Origin: Clostridiales bacterium
GTDB taxonomy: Bacteria; Bacillota; Clostridia; Christensenellales; Aristaeellaceae
Length of the DNA stretch: 32,000 nucleotides
NCBI GenBank assembly: GCA_004556155.1
Contig: SFIM01000017.1
Location: 14,489 to 46,488 of the forward strand
Direction of reading: 5' to 3'
Part shown: piece after piece, positions 1 to 7,470 of the stretch
Layout: each line of letters starts with the position of its first letter
Position numbering within the stretch: position 1 is the stretch's first letter
Translations under genes and position numbers: made by a program
The notes under the pieces: generated by a model
Database searches by the model: none
Seen by the model: only the letters and a program-made list of their open reading frames with translations
Told to the model about the DNA's origin: nothing

Positions 1-685
1 TGCTTTTTTCGATGACGCGGGCGAAATTGATCTGCGGCAGCGACAGGATCATGGTGATCAGCCCGCCTGCGCGCTCGGCGGTGGATAACAGCTGGGCGCG
101 TGCCTGATGGGCGGCGGACTTCGGAATTTGATTGCCTGCACGCAGATGCACATCTAACTTGCGCGCGGCCTCGATATTGCCGGACTGAGACAGCACCTCC
201 TGCGCGCGGCGAAGCGCCACGGGGCTTTGCGGCCAGCGCGCGGGAGCGCTATGCCCCAGCGCGGCGGCCAGGGCTTCCCCCGTGCGGTAATCCTGGCACT
301 CCTGCACCAGCGTGGGCAGCAGCGCAAGCAGCGCGGCAAACAGCCGCGCGCGCAGCATGCCGTGCAGGGCGCGCAGCTCCTGCACGGTAAAGAGCGCATC
401 CTTTTGCGCCTGCCGCAGGGCGCGCAGCAGCGCGCCCTCGTCGATGCGCCCGCTTGGTGGGGCGATGAGGGCATCGCAGAAATCACGCAGGCGGCGGAAC
501 GCGCGCCGCCCCAAATAGCGGGCTTCCTGCTGGGTCTGCGCGGCCTGGCCGTAAAGCGCGCGGGCGTTATCGCGCAGCCATTGCGCGGCGGGGGGCAGAT
601 CCTCGCGCTGGCTTTGGCAAAGCAGACGCTCTGCGCGTCGAATGGGGGAGATGATGGATACATTGCTGCGCGGGCTGCCGATCAT
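1..685 (-). CDS. 5' part (first ~228 codons) of a gene that continues left of the window. Function is not assignable. The N-terminus weakly recalls the N-terminal region of large NdvB/GH94-type glucan enzymes.
   Basis: This frame is absent from the supplied track because it has no stop inside the window. Reading the minus strand from ATG 685-683 (GGAGG at 695-691, 5-nt spacer), I found no tta/cta/tca triplet in that phase down to position 2. Third codon positions are nearly all G/C, as in neighbouring genes. Translation begins MIGSPRSNVSIISPIRRAERLLCQSQREDLPPAAQWLRDNARALYGQ... The family resemblance (PAAQWLRDN, Leu/Ala-rich helices) is from memory only. Confidence 0.6.
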   Translation of the reverse strand, partial: MIGSPRSNVSIISPIRRAERLLCQSQREDLPPAAQWLRDNARALYGQAAQTQQEARYLGRRAFRRLRDFCDALIAPPSGRIDEGALLRALRQAQKDALFTVQELRALHGMLRARLFAALLALLPTLVQECQDYRTGEALAAALGHSAPARWPQSPVALRRAQEVLSQSGNIEAARKLDVHLRAGNQIPKSAAHQARAQLLSTAERAGGLITMILSLPQINFARVIEKS

Positions 686-770
686 GCGCGCCTCCGAAAA
701 ATCGCATGGAACCATGCGTTATTGCTGCGGTTTTACAGCGTTTATTGTGGCGCGCGGCGGCGGATTCCAT

Positions 771-798
771 ACAAAAAGCAGCCGGATGAACCGGCTGC
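771..798 (-). terminator. Intrinsic terminator downstream of glgA
   Basis: Perfect 8-bp stem GCAGCCGG (778-785) / CCGGCTGC (791-798) with a 5-nt loop. On the minus strand it is followed by TTTTTGT (777-771). It lies 30 nt after the glgA stop. Confidence 0.6.
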
Positions 799-827
799 AA
801 TGGGCAGTGAAAAAATGAAAGCTGTTT

Positions 828-2528
828 TTACTCCGCGGGCTTTTCGGCCTTTTTGGCGCGGGGCTTGCGGGCGGGCTTATCGGCGGGCGCGTCCGCGGCT
901 TTCTTTGCGCGGGTTTTGGGGGAGGGCTTTTCAGCGCCCGCGTCCGCAGGCTTCTTGGCGCGCGGCTTGCGCGCAGGCTTGGCGGGCTTTTCGGTGATTT
1001 CCTCTTTTTCCAGCGCCGGCATTTCCTCCGCAGCCTGCTCGGCCTGCACGGCGACGGGCGTGGGCATTTCCACGGGCAGCGCGTTCTGCGCGCCGGGCAG
1101 AATGCTCATGTACAGGGACAGGTAGGTTTCGGCCGAGGCGTTCCAGCTGTAATCGCCATTCATGCCGCGGCTCTGCAGCTCGCGCCAGACGTCGGGATGC
1201 TCGTGATAATAGCGCAGCGCACGGCGGATGGTAAAGAGCATATCATGCGCGTTGTAGTTAAAGAACGTGAAGCCGTTGCCCGCGTTGTTGTAGTGGTTAT
1301 AGCTCAGCACCGTATCGCGCAGGCCGCCGGTTTCGCGCACGATGGGCACGCAGCCATAGCGCAGGGCGATCATCTGCGACAGGCCGCAGGGCTCAAACTG
1401 CGAGGGCATCAGGAACATATCCGCGCCGGCGTAGATGCGGTGCGCCAGCTGATGATCCATCTGGAAGCGCGCGGCCACGCGGCCCGGATACTGCTGCTCC
1501 GCCCAGCTGAACAGGTTGACATAGCGGCTTTCGCCCATGCCCAGTACCACCAGCTGTACGTTTTCTTCCATGATTTGGCCGATCACATGATCCACCAGAT
1601 CCAGGCCCTTCTGCGAGGACAGGCGGCCCACCATGCCGATGATGGGCACGCTGGGATCAACCGTCAGGCCCAGACTTTGCTGCAGGGCGGCCTTGCACTG
1701 GGCGCGGCCGGACAGATCCTGGGCGCTGTAAGGGGCGGGGATCAGGGGATCGGCTGCCGGATCATACTCCTGCATGTCAATGCCGTTGAGCACGCCCGAG
1801 AGCGAATTGCGCCGTGCGCGCAGCAGGCCGTCCAGGCGTTCGCCGTAATAGGCGGTCTGGATTTCCTCGGCGTAGCTGGGGCTGACGGTGGTGATCTCAT
1901 CCGCATAGACCAGCGCGGCTTTCATGAAGTTGGCGCAGCCGAAGCACTCCAGCTTGTCGTTGGTAAAGACGTCGTCGGGCAACTCCAGCACGTCCTTGAC
2001 CTGCTCGATGCCGAACACGCCCTGATATTGCAGGTTATGGATGGTAAACACCGTGCGGATATTATGGTAAAAATCCGCCTGATCATATTGGATGCGCAGC
2101 AGCGCGGGCACCATGCCGCTTTGCCAGTCGTGGGCGTGGATGACGTCGGGCTGGAAATCCAGCCGGGGCAGCGCGTCCAGCACGGCGCGGCAGAAGAAGC
2201 CAAAGCGCTCGTATTCGTCCCCGCCCAGGCCGTAGATGTAATTGCGCTTGAAGTAATACTCGTTATCTACAAAGTAGAAGGTAACGCCCTGGCGCTCCAG
2301 CGCCTCGATGCCGCAGTACTGATGCCGCCAGCCCAGCTTTACATAGAAGTCGGTTACATGGCGCAGCTGCTGGCGATATTCCTCGGCCATCATGCCGTAC
2401 TTGGGCAGGATGACGCGCACATCGTGCCCCTTGCGGGCAAGCACGGGCGCAAGCGCGCCCACCACGTCGGCCAATCCGCCGGTTTTGATGAAGGGAACGC
2501 ATTCGCTGGCAGCAAATAATATTTTCAT
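828..2528 (-). CDS. glgA: Glycogen (starch) synthase GlgA, GT5, with a non-canonical 89-residue C-terminal tail
   Basis: 566-aa ORF. The N-terminus MKILFAASECVPFIKTGGLADVVG carries the K-x-GGL ADP-glucose motif, and the rest is collinear with ~480-aa bacterial GlgA. ATG 2528-2526 lies 9 nt after AAGGAG (2543-2538). The tail is at 831-1097 (see findings). Confidence 0.95.
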   Translation of the reverse strand: MKILFAASECVPFIKTGGLADVVGALAPVLARKGHDVRVILPKYGMMAEEYRQQLRHVTDFYVKLGWRHQYCGIEALERQGVTFYFVDNEYYFKRNYIYGLGGDEYERFGFFCRAVLDALPRLDFQPDVIHAHDWQSGMVPALLRIQYDQADFYHNIRTVFTIHNLQYQGVFGIEQVKDVLELPDDVFTNDKLECFGCANFMKAALVYADEITTVSPSYAEEIQTAYYGERLDGLLRARRNSLSGVLNGIDMQEYDPAADPLIPAPYSAQDLSGRAQCKAALQQSLGLTVDPSVPIIGMVGRLSSQKGLDLVDHVIGQIMEENVQLVVLGMGESRYVNLFSWAEQQYPGRVAARFQMDHQLAHRIYAGADMFLMPSQFEPCGLSQMIALRYGCVPIVRETGGLRDTVLSYNHYNNAGNGFTFFNYNAHDMLFTIRRALRYYHEHPDVWRELQSRGMNGDYSWNASAETYLSLYMSILPGAQNALPVEMPTPVAVQAEQAAEEMPALEKEEITEKPAKPARKPRAKKPADAGAEKPSPKTRAKKAADAPADKPARKPRAKKAEKPAE

Positions 2529-2583
2529 GGCTACAGGCTCCTTTTTTGTTTTTGATTTTCAATGAGGGGGTGCGACTGCCCTT

Positions 2584-2612
2584 ATTTTACCATAAACAGA
2601 GCCGCACTGCAA
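2584..2612 (-). promoter_or_regulatory. Sigma-70-type promoter of glgA
   Basis: On the minus strand: TTGCAG (2612-2607), 17-nt spacer, TAAAAT (2589-2584), with TGG immediately upstream of the -10 (extended -10). It sits about 50 nt upstream of the glgA ATG. Confidence 0.5.
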
Positions 2613-2660
2613 CCATGCGGAAGAAAAAGACAAAACAGGGTAAAATCTGTGCGCAATGTC

Positions 2661-2699
2661 AATAAAAAATCCGACCAAGCAGCGTTTGGCGCTGCTTGG
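2661..2699 (-). terminator. Intrinsic terminator of the FMN-binding protein gene
   Basis: 10-bp stem CCAAGCAGCG (2675-2684) / CGCTGCTTGG (2690-2699). On the minus strand it is followed by TCGGATTTTTTATT. It lies 30 nt after the stop at 2730. Confidence 0.65.
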
Positions 2700-2729
2700 C
2701 CGGCGGATAAAGCGAATTGTTCGATGGGA

Positions 2730-4376
2730 TTATTTCACGTTGATCAGGCAGGCCTTGGCGTTTTTCCAGGCCTTTTCAATTGCGCCCAGAATATCGCCGT
2801 GGCCGTCGCGCAGAGACATGGTCGCGCCGCTCAGCGCATCCACTTCGGCCTGCTGTTCGCTGGTCAGGGCGTTCCACTTGGTTACGTCGGCTTCCTTATC
2901 GGAGGTGCCGCGCAGGATGCGGCCGTTTACATCGGAGCCGTAGGCGGTGAAGAATGCGCTGATTTCATCGGCCGTCTTGCCGGTAAAGTAGGCTTCAAAG
3001 GTCTCCATTTCCTGCTTCCAGGTGCCGGAGTTCATCTTATACTTGTCGCCCAGGGAACGCTTGGTGGTGTAACCCTTGATCTGCTCCACAAAGGTATCCT
3101 CGGTCTGCGCCAGCACGCCGTCTACCTTGCCGTCCGCATCCGCGTCGTTGTTGTAGGATTGTCCAGGCCAACCGGTGAACACGTTGTCATCCGCGCCATC
3201 ATGGTTGGGGGTAATGATTTCCAGTACATCCGCAGCCAGCGCCACGGTCTTGCCCTCCGCGTCGTAGCAGCTGCCAGCCATGACTACATTGAAGGAATAC
3301 ACGGGCACGCCCTGATCATCCTTGCCGGGGCCCAGGCGAGGGGTGACGACGACGCCAAGCCCCATGCTGGCGATATCGCTGTCCACGGTGATGGGCTGCT
3401 GATTGTTGATCGCGTTTTCGATGGCGGCGATGATATCGCCGTGCGCATCGTTTACGGACATGGTGGCGGCGGATACCGCGTCGATGGCCGCCTTTTCTTC
3501 ATCAGTCAGGGCGTTCCATTTGGTTACGTCGGCTTCCTTGGTCACGGTGCTGTGCAGCGCGCGGCCGTTCAGATCGGAGCAGTACTTGGCTACCCAATCC
3601 TTCACCTCGGAGATGGTCATGCCCTTGAAGATGCTTTCATAGGCGTCCATTTCCTGCTCCCAGGTGCCGGAATTCATCTTATAAGCGTCGCCCTTGTCGC
3701 GCTTGGTGGCCCAGTTGGTCAGGTTATTTACAAAGGTTTCGGTCGTTTCTTCGATTACGCCGTCTACCTTGCCGTCCGCATCGTGATCGTCATTATAGGT
3801 GCTGCCCGGCCAACCGGCGATGTAGTTGTCGTCTGCTGCGTCGTGGTTGGGGGTGATGATCTCAAGGATGTCCACTTCCAGATCCACAATGCGCTGCTCT
3901 GCATCGGTGATCACATAGGCAACCACTTCGTTAAAGGAATAGACGGGCATGCCCTGATCATCCTTGCCGGGGCCCAGGCGCGGGGTGGAGGCCAGGCCCA
4001 GACCATGGCTCAGCCCCGTGGCGGAAACAGCCTCGGCGGCCGTCTGAGCGGATTCTTCCTCAACGCCCATGGCCTTTTTGATGGCGGCAAAGGCGCCCTT
4101 GCTGGTCCAGGTAGCGCCGGTCACAACGTCCACGCCTTCCAGCGTACCACTGGCCAGGATGGCCTCGGTCAGCTTTTCCAGCGCAACGCCGCCCAGCGAG
4201 GGGGTTTCCTTATCGCCGGTCAGCTTCAGGGCTGCAATTTTGTCGCCGTCCAGGGTGACTTCAGCCTGGATGGGGCCGCCATAGCCGTCAGCTTCGCCAG
4301 TGAGCGGCTCAGCCAGGGAAAAGGATGCGGTGCATAGCATAGCCATACACAGAAGGATAGCAAGCAGTTTTTTCAT
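2730..4376 (-). CDS. Secreted protein with one canonical FMN_bind domain plus two duplicated FMN_bind-like modules. It has three flavinylation-type motifs and resembles PplA.
   Basis: 548 aa with signal peptide MKKLLAILLCMAMLCTASFSLA. Residues ~25-104 match the FMN_bind pattern and end in DVVTGATWTS. Two further D-A-[VL]-S-[AG]-A-T-M-S motifs follow. ATG is at 4376-4374. Confidence 0.85.
   Translation of the reverse strand: MKKLLAILLCMAMLCTASFSLAEPLTGEADGYGGPIQAEVTLDGDKIAALKLTGDKETPSLGGVALEKLTEAILASGTLEGVDVVTGATWTSKGAFAAIKKAMGVEEESAQTAAEAVSATGLSHGLGLASTPRLGPGKDDQGMPVYSFNEVVAYVITDAEQRIVDLEVDILEIITPNHDAADDNYIAGWPGSTYNDDHDADGKVDGVIEETTETFVNNLTNWATKRDKGDAYKMNSGTWEQEMDAYESIFKGMTISEVKDWVAKYCSDLNGRALHSTVTKEADVTKWNALTDEEKAAIDAVSAATMSVNDAHGDIIAAIENAINNQQPITVDSDIASMGLGVVVTPRLGPGKDDQGVPVYSFNVVMAGSCYDAEGKTVALAADVLEIITPNHDGADDNVFTGWPGQSYNNDADADGKVDGVLAQTEDTFVEQIKGYTTKRSLGDKYKMNSGTWKQEMETFEAYFTGKTADEISAFFTAYGSDVNGRILRGTSDKEADVTKWNALTSEQQAEVDALSGATMSLRDGHGDILGAIEKAWKNAKACLINVK
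2757..4004 (-). repeat. Intragenic tandem duplication of a ~200-codon module (copy A 3399-4004, copy B 2757-3365)
   Basis: The two copies align almost residue for residue: PRLGPGKDDQG[MV]PVYSFN, LEIITPNHD[AG]ADDN, GWPG, D[HA]DADGKVDGV, YKMNSGTW[EK]QEM, KEADVTKWNALT, SxATMS, HGDI[IL][AG]AIE. Confidence 0.85.
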
Positions 4377-4431
4377 GTGTGTTGCTCCTTTCGCAGATAG
4401 AATGGGATAACGTTATTGTTATACCACCGAG

Positions 4432-4460
4432 AATATAGAATGAAACAGGGCGTTCGTCAA
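4432..4460 (-). promoter_or_regulatory. Sigma-70-type promoter of the FMN-binding protein gene
   Basis: On the minus strand: TTGACG (4460-4455), 17 nt, TATATT (4437-4432). It sits about 55 nt upstream of the ATG at 4376. Confidence 0.5.
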
Positions 4461-4481
4461 TAAACAAATTTTAGGCTTTGC

Positions 4482-5543
4482 CTATCTGGCATCACAAAGC
4501 GTTTGTGCGATGGTTTGCTCGTCCTTAAGCGCTGGGGAGGAGGTGAAGGCGTTGACCAGCTTGCCCTCGCGCAATGCCTGTTGGGCGGCGAGCAGGATGG
4601 GCTGATCCGCGCCGTACAGGGTGATTCCCTCGCGGGCGGGCAGCAGGCCGCGTGCGGCAAGCGCCTGCTGAGCGGACGCTGAAAGCAGAAAATCAAGCAA
4701 ACCTTCGGCAGCTGGCTGCGCGCTTTGCGGAATCGCGCCGAAAACCACGCGGTCGGTGATATCCGCCGCAGCCAGCAATTGAAGCCCCTGACCGGCGGTC
4801 AGGCATTGCCGTGCCTGGGTAAGCGTCAATAGCGCGCCTTCCGCCTGTCCGGACAGCAGGGCGGCGGGCACCTGCGCGGCGGGTAGCCATGCGATTGATC
4901 CCGATACCCCCAGGCGATCCATCGCTACCGCGCCGAAAGCGTCGTCCGCGATCAGTCGCTCGGGCCAGCTTTCGCGCGGCAGGGCGGTTGCTTGCGGCAG
5001 CGCATGCGCATCAGGCGTGGGTGCTGCGCCGAACAGGCTGGTGGGGGAGGGGGTGACGGCGGCCTCGCGCGCGGGGCATACCAGCGCATAGCCGTCCAGG
5101 CACAGCGGTACGGCCAGCTGACGCCCCTGCGCCTGGCCGGCGGCGCGATAGGCTGCGCAAAGGCCATCGGCGGACAGGGCGCGCAGACAGTCCGCCGGGA
5201 TATCCAGCCCTGGCGCAAACAGAATCAGATCGGGCGCGCCGTCCATATTTTCGCAGAGCGCTTGCAAATCCTCCCGCGCGGCAGTGCGTATCCACACGCG
5301 TACTCCCTTGTGAGTCTTGGCATAGGCGGCGGCCTGTGCGCGCACCCAGGGCGCGGCGTTTAAGCAATCGCCCGCCAACCATACGGTAAGCAGCTGCCGC
5401 CGGGCCGCGTTTACGCCGGGCGGGGCGCTGGGGGCGGCAGCGGACAGGCGGGCGGAAAGCGCGGGATAGGCCAAAATCAGCGCGCAGGTAAGCAGAATAC
5501 ACAGTAGACATCCCAGCGCTTTGCCGGGTTTTAAACGCTTCAA
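4482..5543 (-). CDS. Membrane-anchored hypothetical protein with a possible degenerate type-2 solute-binding-protein fold
   Basis: 353-aa ORF with TTG start (5543-5541), 7 nt after a G-run SD (AAGGGGGGG). It has an N-terminal hydrophobic anchor (LGCLLCILLTCALILAYPAL). LTVWLAG...KGVRVWIRTAAREDLQAL...GAPDLILF and AAEGLLDFLLSASAQQALAARGLLPAR resemble the N- and C-terminal signature stretches of binding proteins. The sequence is extremely GC/Ala-rich, so the function call is weak. Confidence 0.55.
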   Translation of the reverse strand: MKRLKPGKALGCLLCILLTCALILAYPALSARLSAAAPSAPPGVNAARRQLLTVWLAGDCLNAAPWVRAQAAAYAKTHKGVRVWIRTAAREDLQALCENMDGAPDLILFAPGLDIPADCLRALSADGLCAAYRAAGQAQGRQLAVPLCLDGYALVCPAREAAVTPSPTSLFGAAPTPDAHALPQATALPRESWPERLIADDAFGAVAMDRLGVSGSIAWLPAAQVPAALLSGQAEGALLTLTQARQCLTAGQGLQLLAAADITDRVVFGAIPQSAQPAAEGLLDFLLSASAQQALAARGLLPAREGITLYGADQPILLAAQQALREGKLVNAFTSSPALKDEQTIAQTLCDAR

Positions 5544-5577
5544 TGCGGATCCCCCCCTTGTTGTTACAAGAATATGC

Positions 5578-5606
5578 TTGCAAACGGCGCGGTTATTTCA
5601 TATAAT
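5578..5606 (+). promoter_or_regulatory. Sigma-70-type promoter of the phosphoglucomutase gene
   Basis: TTGCAA (5578-5583), 17 nt, TATAAT (5601-5606), 30 nt upstream of the ATG. Confidence 0.55.
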
Positions 5607-5635
5607 TAAGTTGGAAATTTAAGGGGGTATGTAGC

Positions 5636-7360
5636 ATGGCTGATATGAATTATCGCGCTGTATACACGCAGTGGCTGCACGATTTTGCCAATGACGACGC
5701 GCTGGTGGCGGAGCTTTCCGCCCTGACGGATGAAAAACAGATTGAAGATCGTTTTTATACTGAGCTGGCTTTTGGCACGGCGGGCATGCGCGGCGTGCTG
5801 GGCTATGGCACCAACCGCATGAACGTGTATGTGGTGCGCCGCGCCACGCGCGGGCTGGCCGCCTATATTCATACGTTCCCCGGCGGGACGGAGCGTGGCG
5901 TAGCCATTGCCTATGACAGCCGCCACATGAGCGCGGAGTTTGCCCGCGAGACGGCGCTGACGCTGTGCGCGGCGGGGGTCAAGGCGTATCTGTTTGATTC
6001 GCTGCGTCCCGTGCCCATGCTCAGCTATGCCGTACGCCACCTGGGCTGCATCGCGGGCGTGGTGATTACCGCCAGCCATAATCCGCCGCAGTATAACGGC
6101 TACAAGGCTTACTGGGAGGACGGCGCGCAGCTGTCGCCCGAGGCGGCCGAGGCTGTAACCGGTTATATCCGTCCGCTGCCCTATGCGGGCGCGCCTGTGA
6201 TGGCGGAGGACGAAGCCAAGCAAAAGGGTCTGTTGCAGATCATTGGCGCCAAGGAAGTGGATGATGATTACATCGCCATGATTCGTTCTCTGTCCGTATG
6301 TCCCGAGCTTTTGCAGGCCGAGGGCAAGAACCTGCGCATCGTCTACACCCCGCTGCATGGCTCGGGCAATCTGCCGGTGCGCCGCATGCTGCGAGAGGTA
6401 GGCATCACCCATGTGAACGTTGTGGCTGAGCAGGAAGCGCCCGACGGTGATTTCCCCACCGTCACCGCGCCCAACCCTGAGGATCCCGCTGCGTTTAAAT
6501 ACGCCATTCCGCTGGCCGAGCAGGTGGGGGCAACGGTGGTATTTGGCACCGATCCCGACTGCGACCGTATGGGCGTGGCTGTGCGCGACGGCCAGGGGAC
6601 TTTCCACACCCTGACGGGCAACCAGATCGGCTGCCTGCTGCTGTATCATGTGCTGTCCCAGCGTCAGGCGCACGGCACGCTGCCGCGCAACGGCGCAATC
6701 TGCAAAAGCATCGTATCCACTGAGATGGCGAGTGCCATCGCGGCTAGCTTTGATATCGCCTGCATCGATACGCTGACGGGCTTCAAATTCATCGGCGAAA
6801 AGATTCAGCAGTTTGAAGAGACGGGCGCGCATACCTTCCTGTTTGGCTTTGAGGAAAGCTACGGCTTCCTCAGCGGCACGCAGGTGCGCGATAAGGACGG
6901 CGTAAACGCCTCGCTGCTGCTGTGTGAGGCGGCGTGCGTGTGCATGCAGGAGGGCATCACCCTGTATGATCGCCTGCAGCAGCTCTACGCCCGTTACGGC
7001 GCGTATAGCGATCGCGTGACCAGCCGCACGCTGCCCGGCAAGGACGGCGTAAGCCGCATGCGCGCCATCATGCGCGGGCTGCGCGAAAACCCCCCGCAAG
7101 CGTTTGGAAACATCCGCGTGACGGCGGTGCGCGATTACCTGACGGGTGTGCGCACGCAGGAGGGTAAGACGAGCAAGATCGATCTGCCGGCCTCCGATGT
7201 GCTGTACTTTGAGCTGGAGGGCGGCAGCTGGCTATGCGTGCGTCCCAGCGGCACGGAGCCAAAGATCAAGCTCTATGTCAGCGCCCGGGCGGAGACGCTT
7301 GCCCTGTCTGATGCGATGGCGGAGGCGCTTTGCGCTTGCGCGGCGGAAAAACTGAACTAG
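5636..7360 (+). CDS. pgcA: Phosphoglucomutase / phosphomannomutase of the alpha-D-phosphohexomutase superfamily, PgcA class
   Basis: 574 aa. It has the phosphoserine loop ITASHNPPQYNGYK and the metal loop FGTDPDCDRMG. Length and N-terminus match Gram-positive PgcA-type enzymes. ATG 5636 lies 8 nt after AAGGGGG. Confidence 0.92.
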   Translation: MADMNYRAVYTQWLHDFANDDALVAELSALTDEKQIEDRFYTELAFGTAGMRGVLGYGTNRMNVYVVRRATRGLAAYIHTFPGGTERGVAIAYDSRHMSAEFARETALTLCAAGVKAYLFDSLRPVPMLSYAVRHLGCIAGVVITASHNPPQYNGYKAYWEDGAQLSPEAAEAVTGYIRPLPYAGAPVMAEDEAKQKGLLQIIGAKEVDDDYIAMIRSLSVCPELLQAEGKNLRIVYTPLHGSGNLPVRRMLREVGITHVNVVAEQEAPDGDFPTVTAPNPEDPAAFKYAIPLAEQVGATVVFGTDPDCDRMGVAVRDGQGTFHTLTGNQIGCLLLYHVLSQRQAHGTLPRNGAICKSIVSTEMASAIAASFDIACIDTLTGFKFIGEKIQQFEETGAHTFLFGFEESYGFLSGTQVRDKDGVNASLLLCEAACVCMQEGITLYDRLQQLYARYGAYSDRVTSRTLPGKDGVSRMRAIMRGLRENPPQAFGNIRVTAVRDYLTGVRTQEGKTSKIDLPASDVLYFELEGGSWLCVRPSGTEPKIKLYVSARAETLALSDAMAEALCACAAEKLN

Positions 7361-7398
7361 ATAGTTGATAAAATTACCCTAAATGTTTCATATTCTAC

Positions 7399-7427
7399 TT
7401 GACTTTGTAATAAAAACGTAATACAAT
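7399..7427 (+). promoter_or_regulatory. Sigma-70-type promoter of the SH3b wall-protein gene
   Basis: TTGACT (7399-7404), 17 nt, TACAAT (7422-7427). The track's ATG at 7426 lies inside this -10 box, so it is not the start codon. Confidence 0.55.
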
Positions 7428-7470
7428 GCAGGTGGAAGATTCTGCGCAAGGGCGCATTACGAGGTGGGCT

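Noticed and set aside
847-989. Imperfect direct DNA repeats (ttggcgcg.ggcttgcg.g.aggctt) that might be taken for a tandem repeat or spacer-repeat structure
   Set aside because: They simply encode the two KPARKPRAKK units of the GlgA tail on the opposite strand. There are only two copies, they lie inside an ORF, and they lack regular repeat-spacer periodicity.
154-997. ORFs 154-663 (-) and 227-997 (+) at the left edge
   Set aside because: Their translations are Arg/Ala/Pro/Cys-rich nonsense with no SD. The plus-strand ORF would run through the glgA terminator and into the glgA 3' end. The third minus-strand frame (1-685) explains the region better.
2562-4337. 591-aa plus-strand ORF opposite the FMN-binding protein gene, and likewise 1197-2519 opposite glgA
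   Set aside because: Both are antisense shadows of well-supported genes, with no SD and no recognisable domains. The apparent internal repetition only mirrors the duplication in the sense gene.
4403-4418. Possible CcpA cre site around ATAACGTTAT
   Set aside because: The flanks do not fit the cre consensus (WTGNAANCGNWNNCW needs TG at the left edge, but the sequence has GGGA). It is kept only as a generic LacI-family-type palindrome in the findings.
5606-7099. 497-aa minus-strand ORF opposite pgcA
   Set aside because: It is antisense to a gene with unmistakable phosphohexomutase motifs. The translation is Arg/Ala/Gly/His-rich with no family resemblance. This is the same GC3 artefact.
7426-7470. 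ATG at 7426 (and similarly ATG 22508) as listed start codons
   Set aside because: Both ATGs overlap the last bases of near-consensus -10 hexamers (TACAAT at 7422-7427 and at 22504-22509), so they would not be in the mRNA. SD-preceded starts lie downstream (ATG 7471 and TTG 22544).
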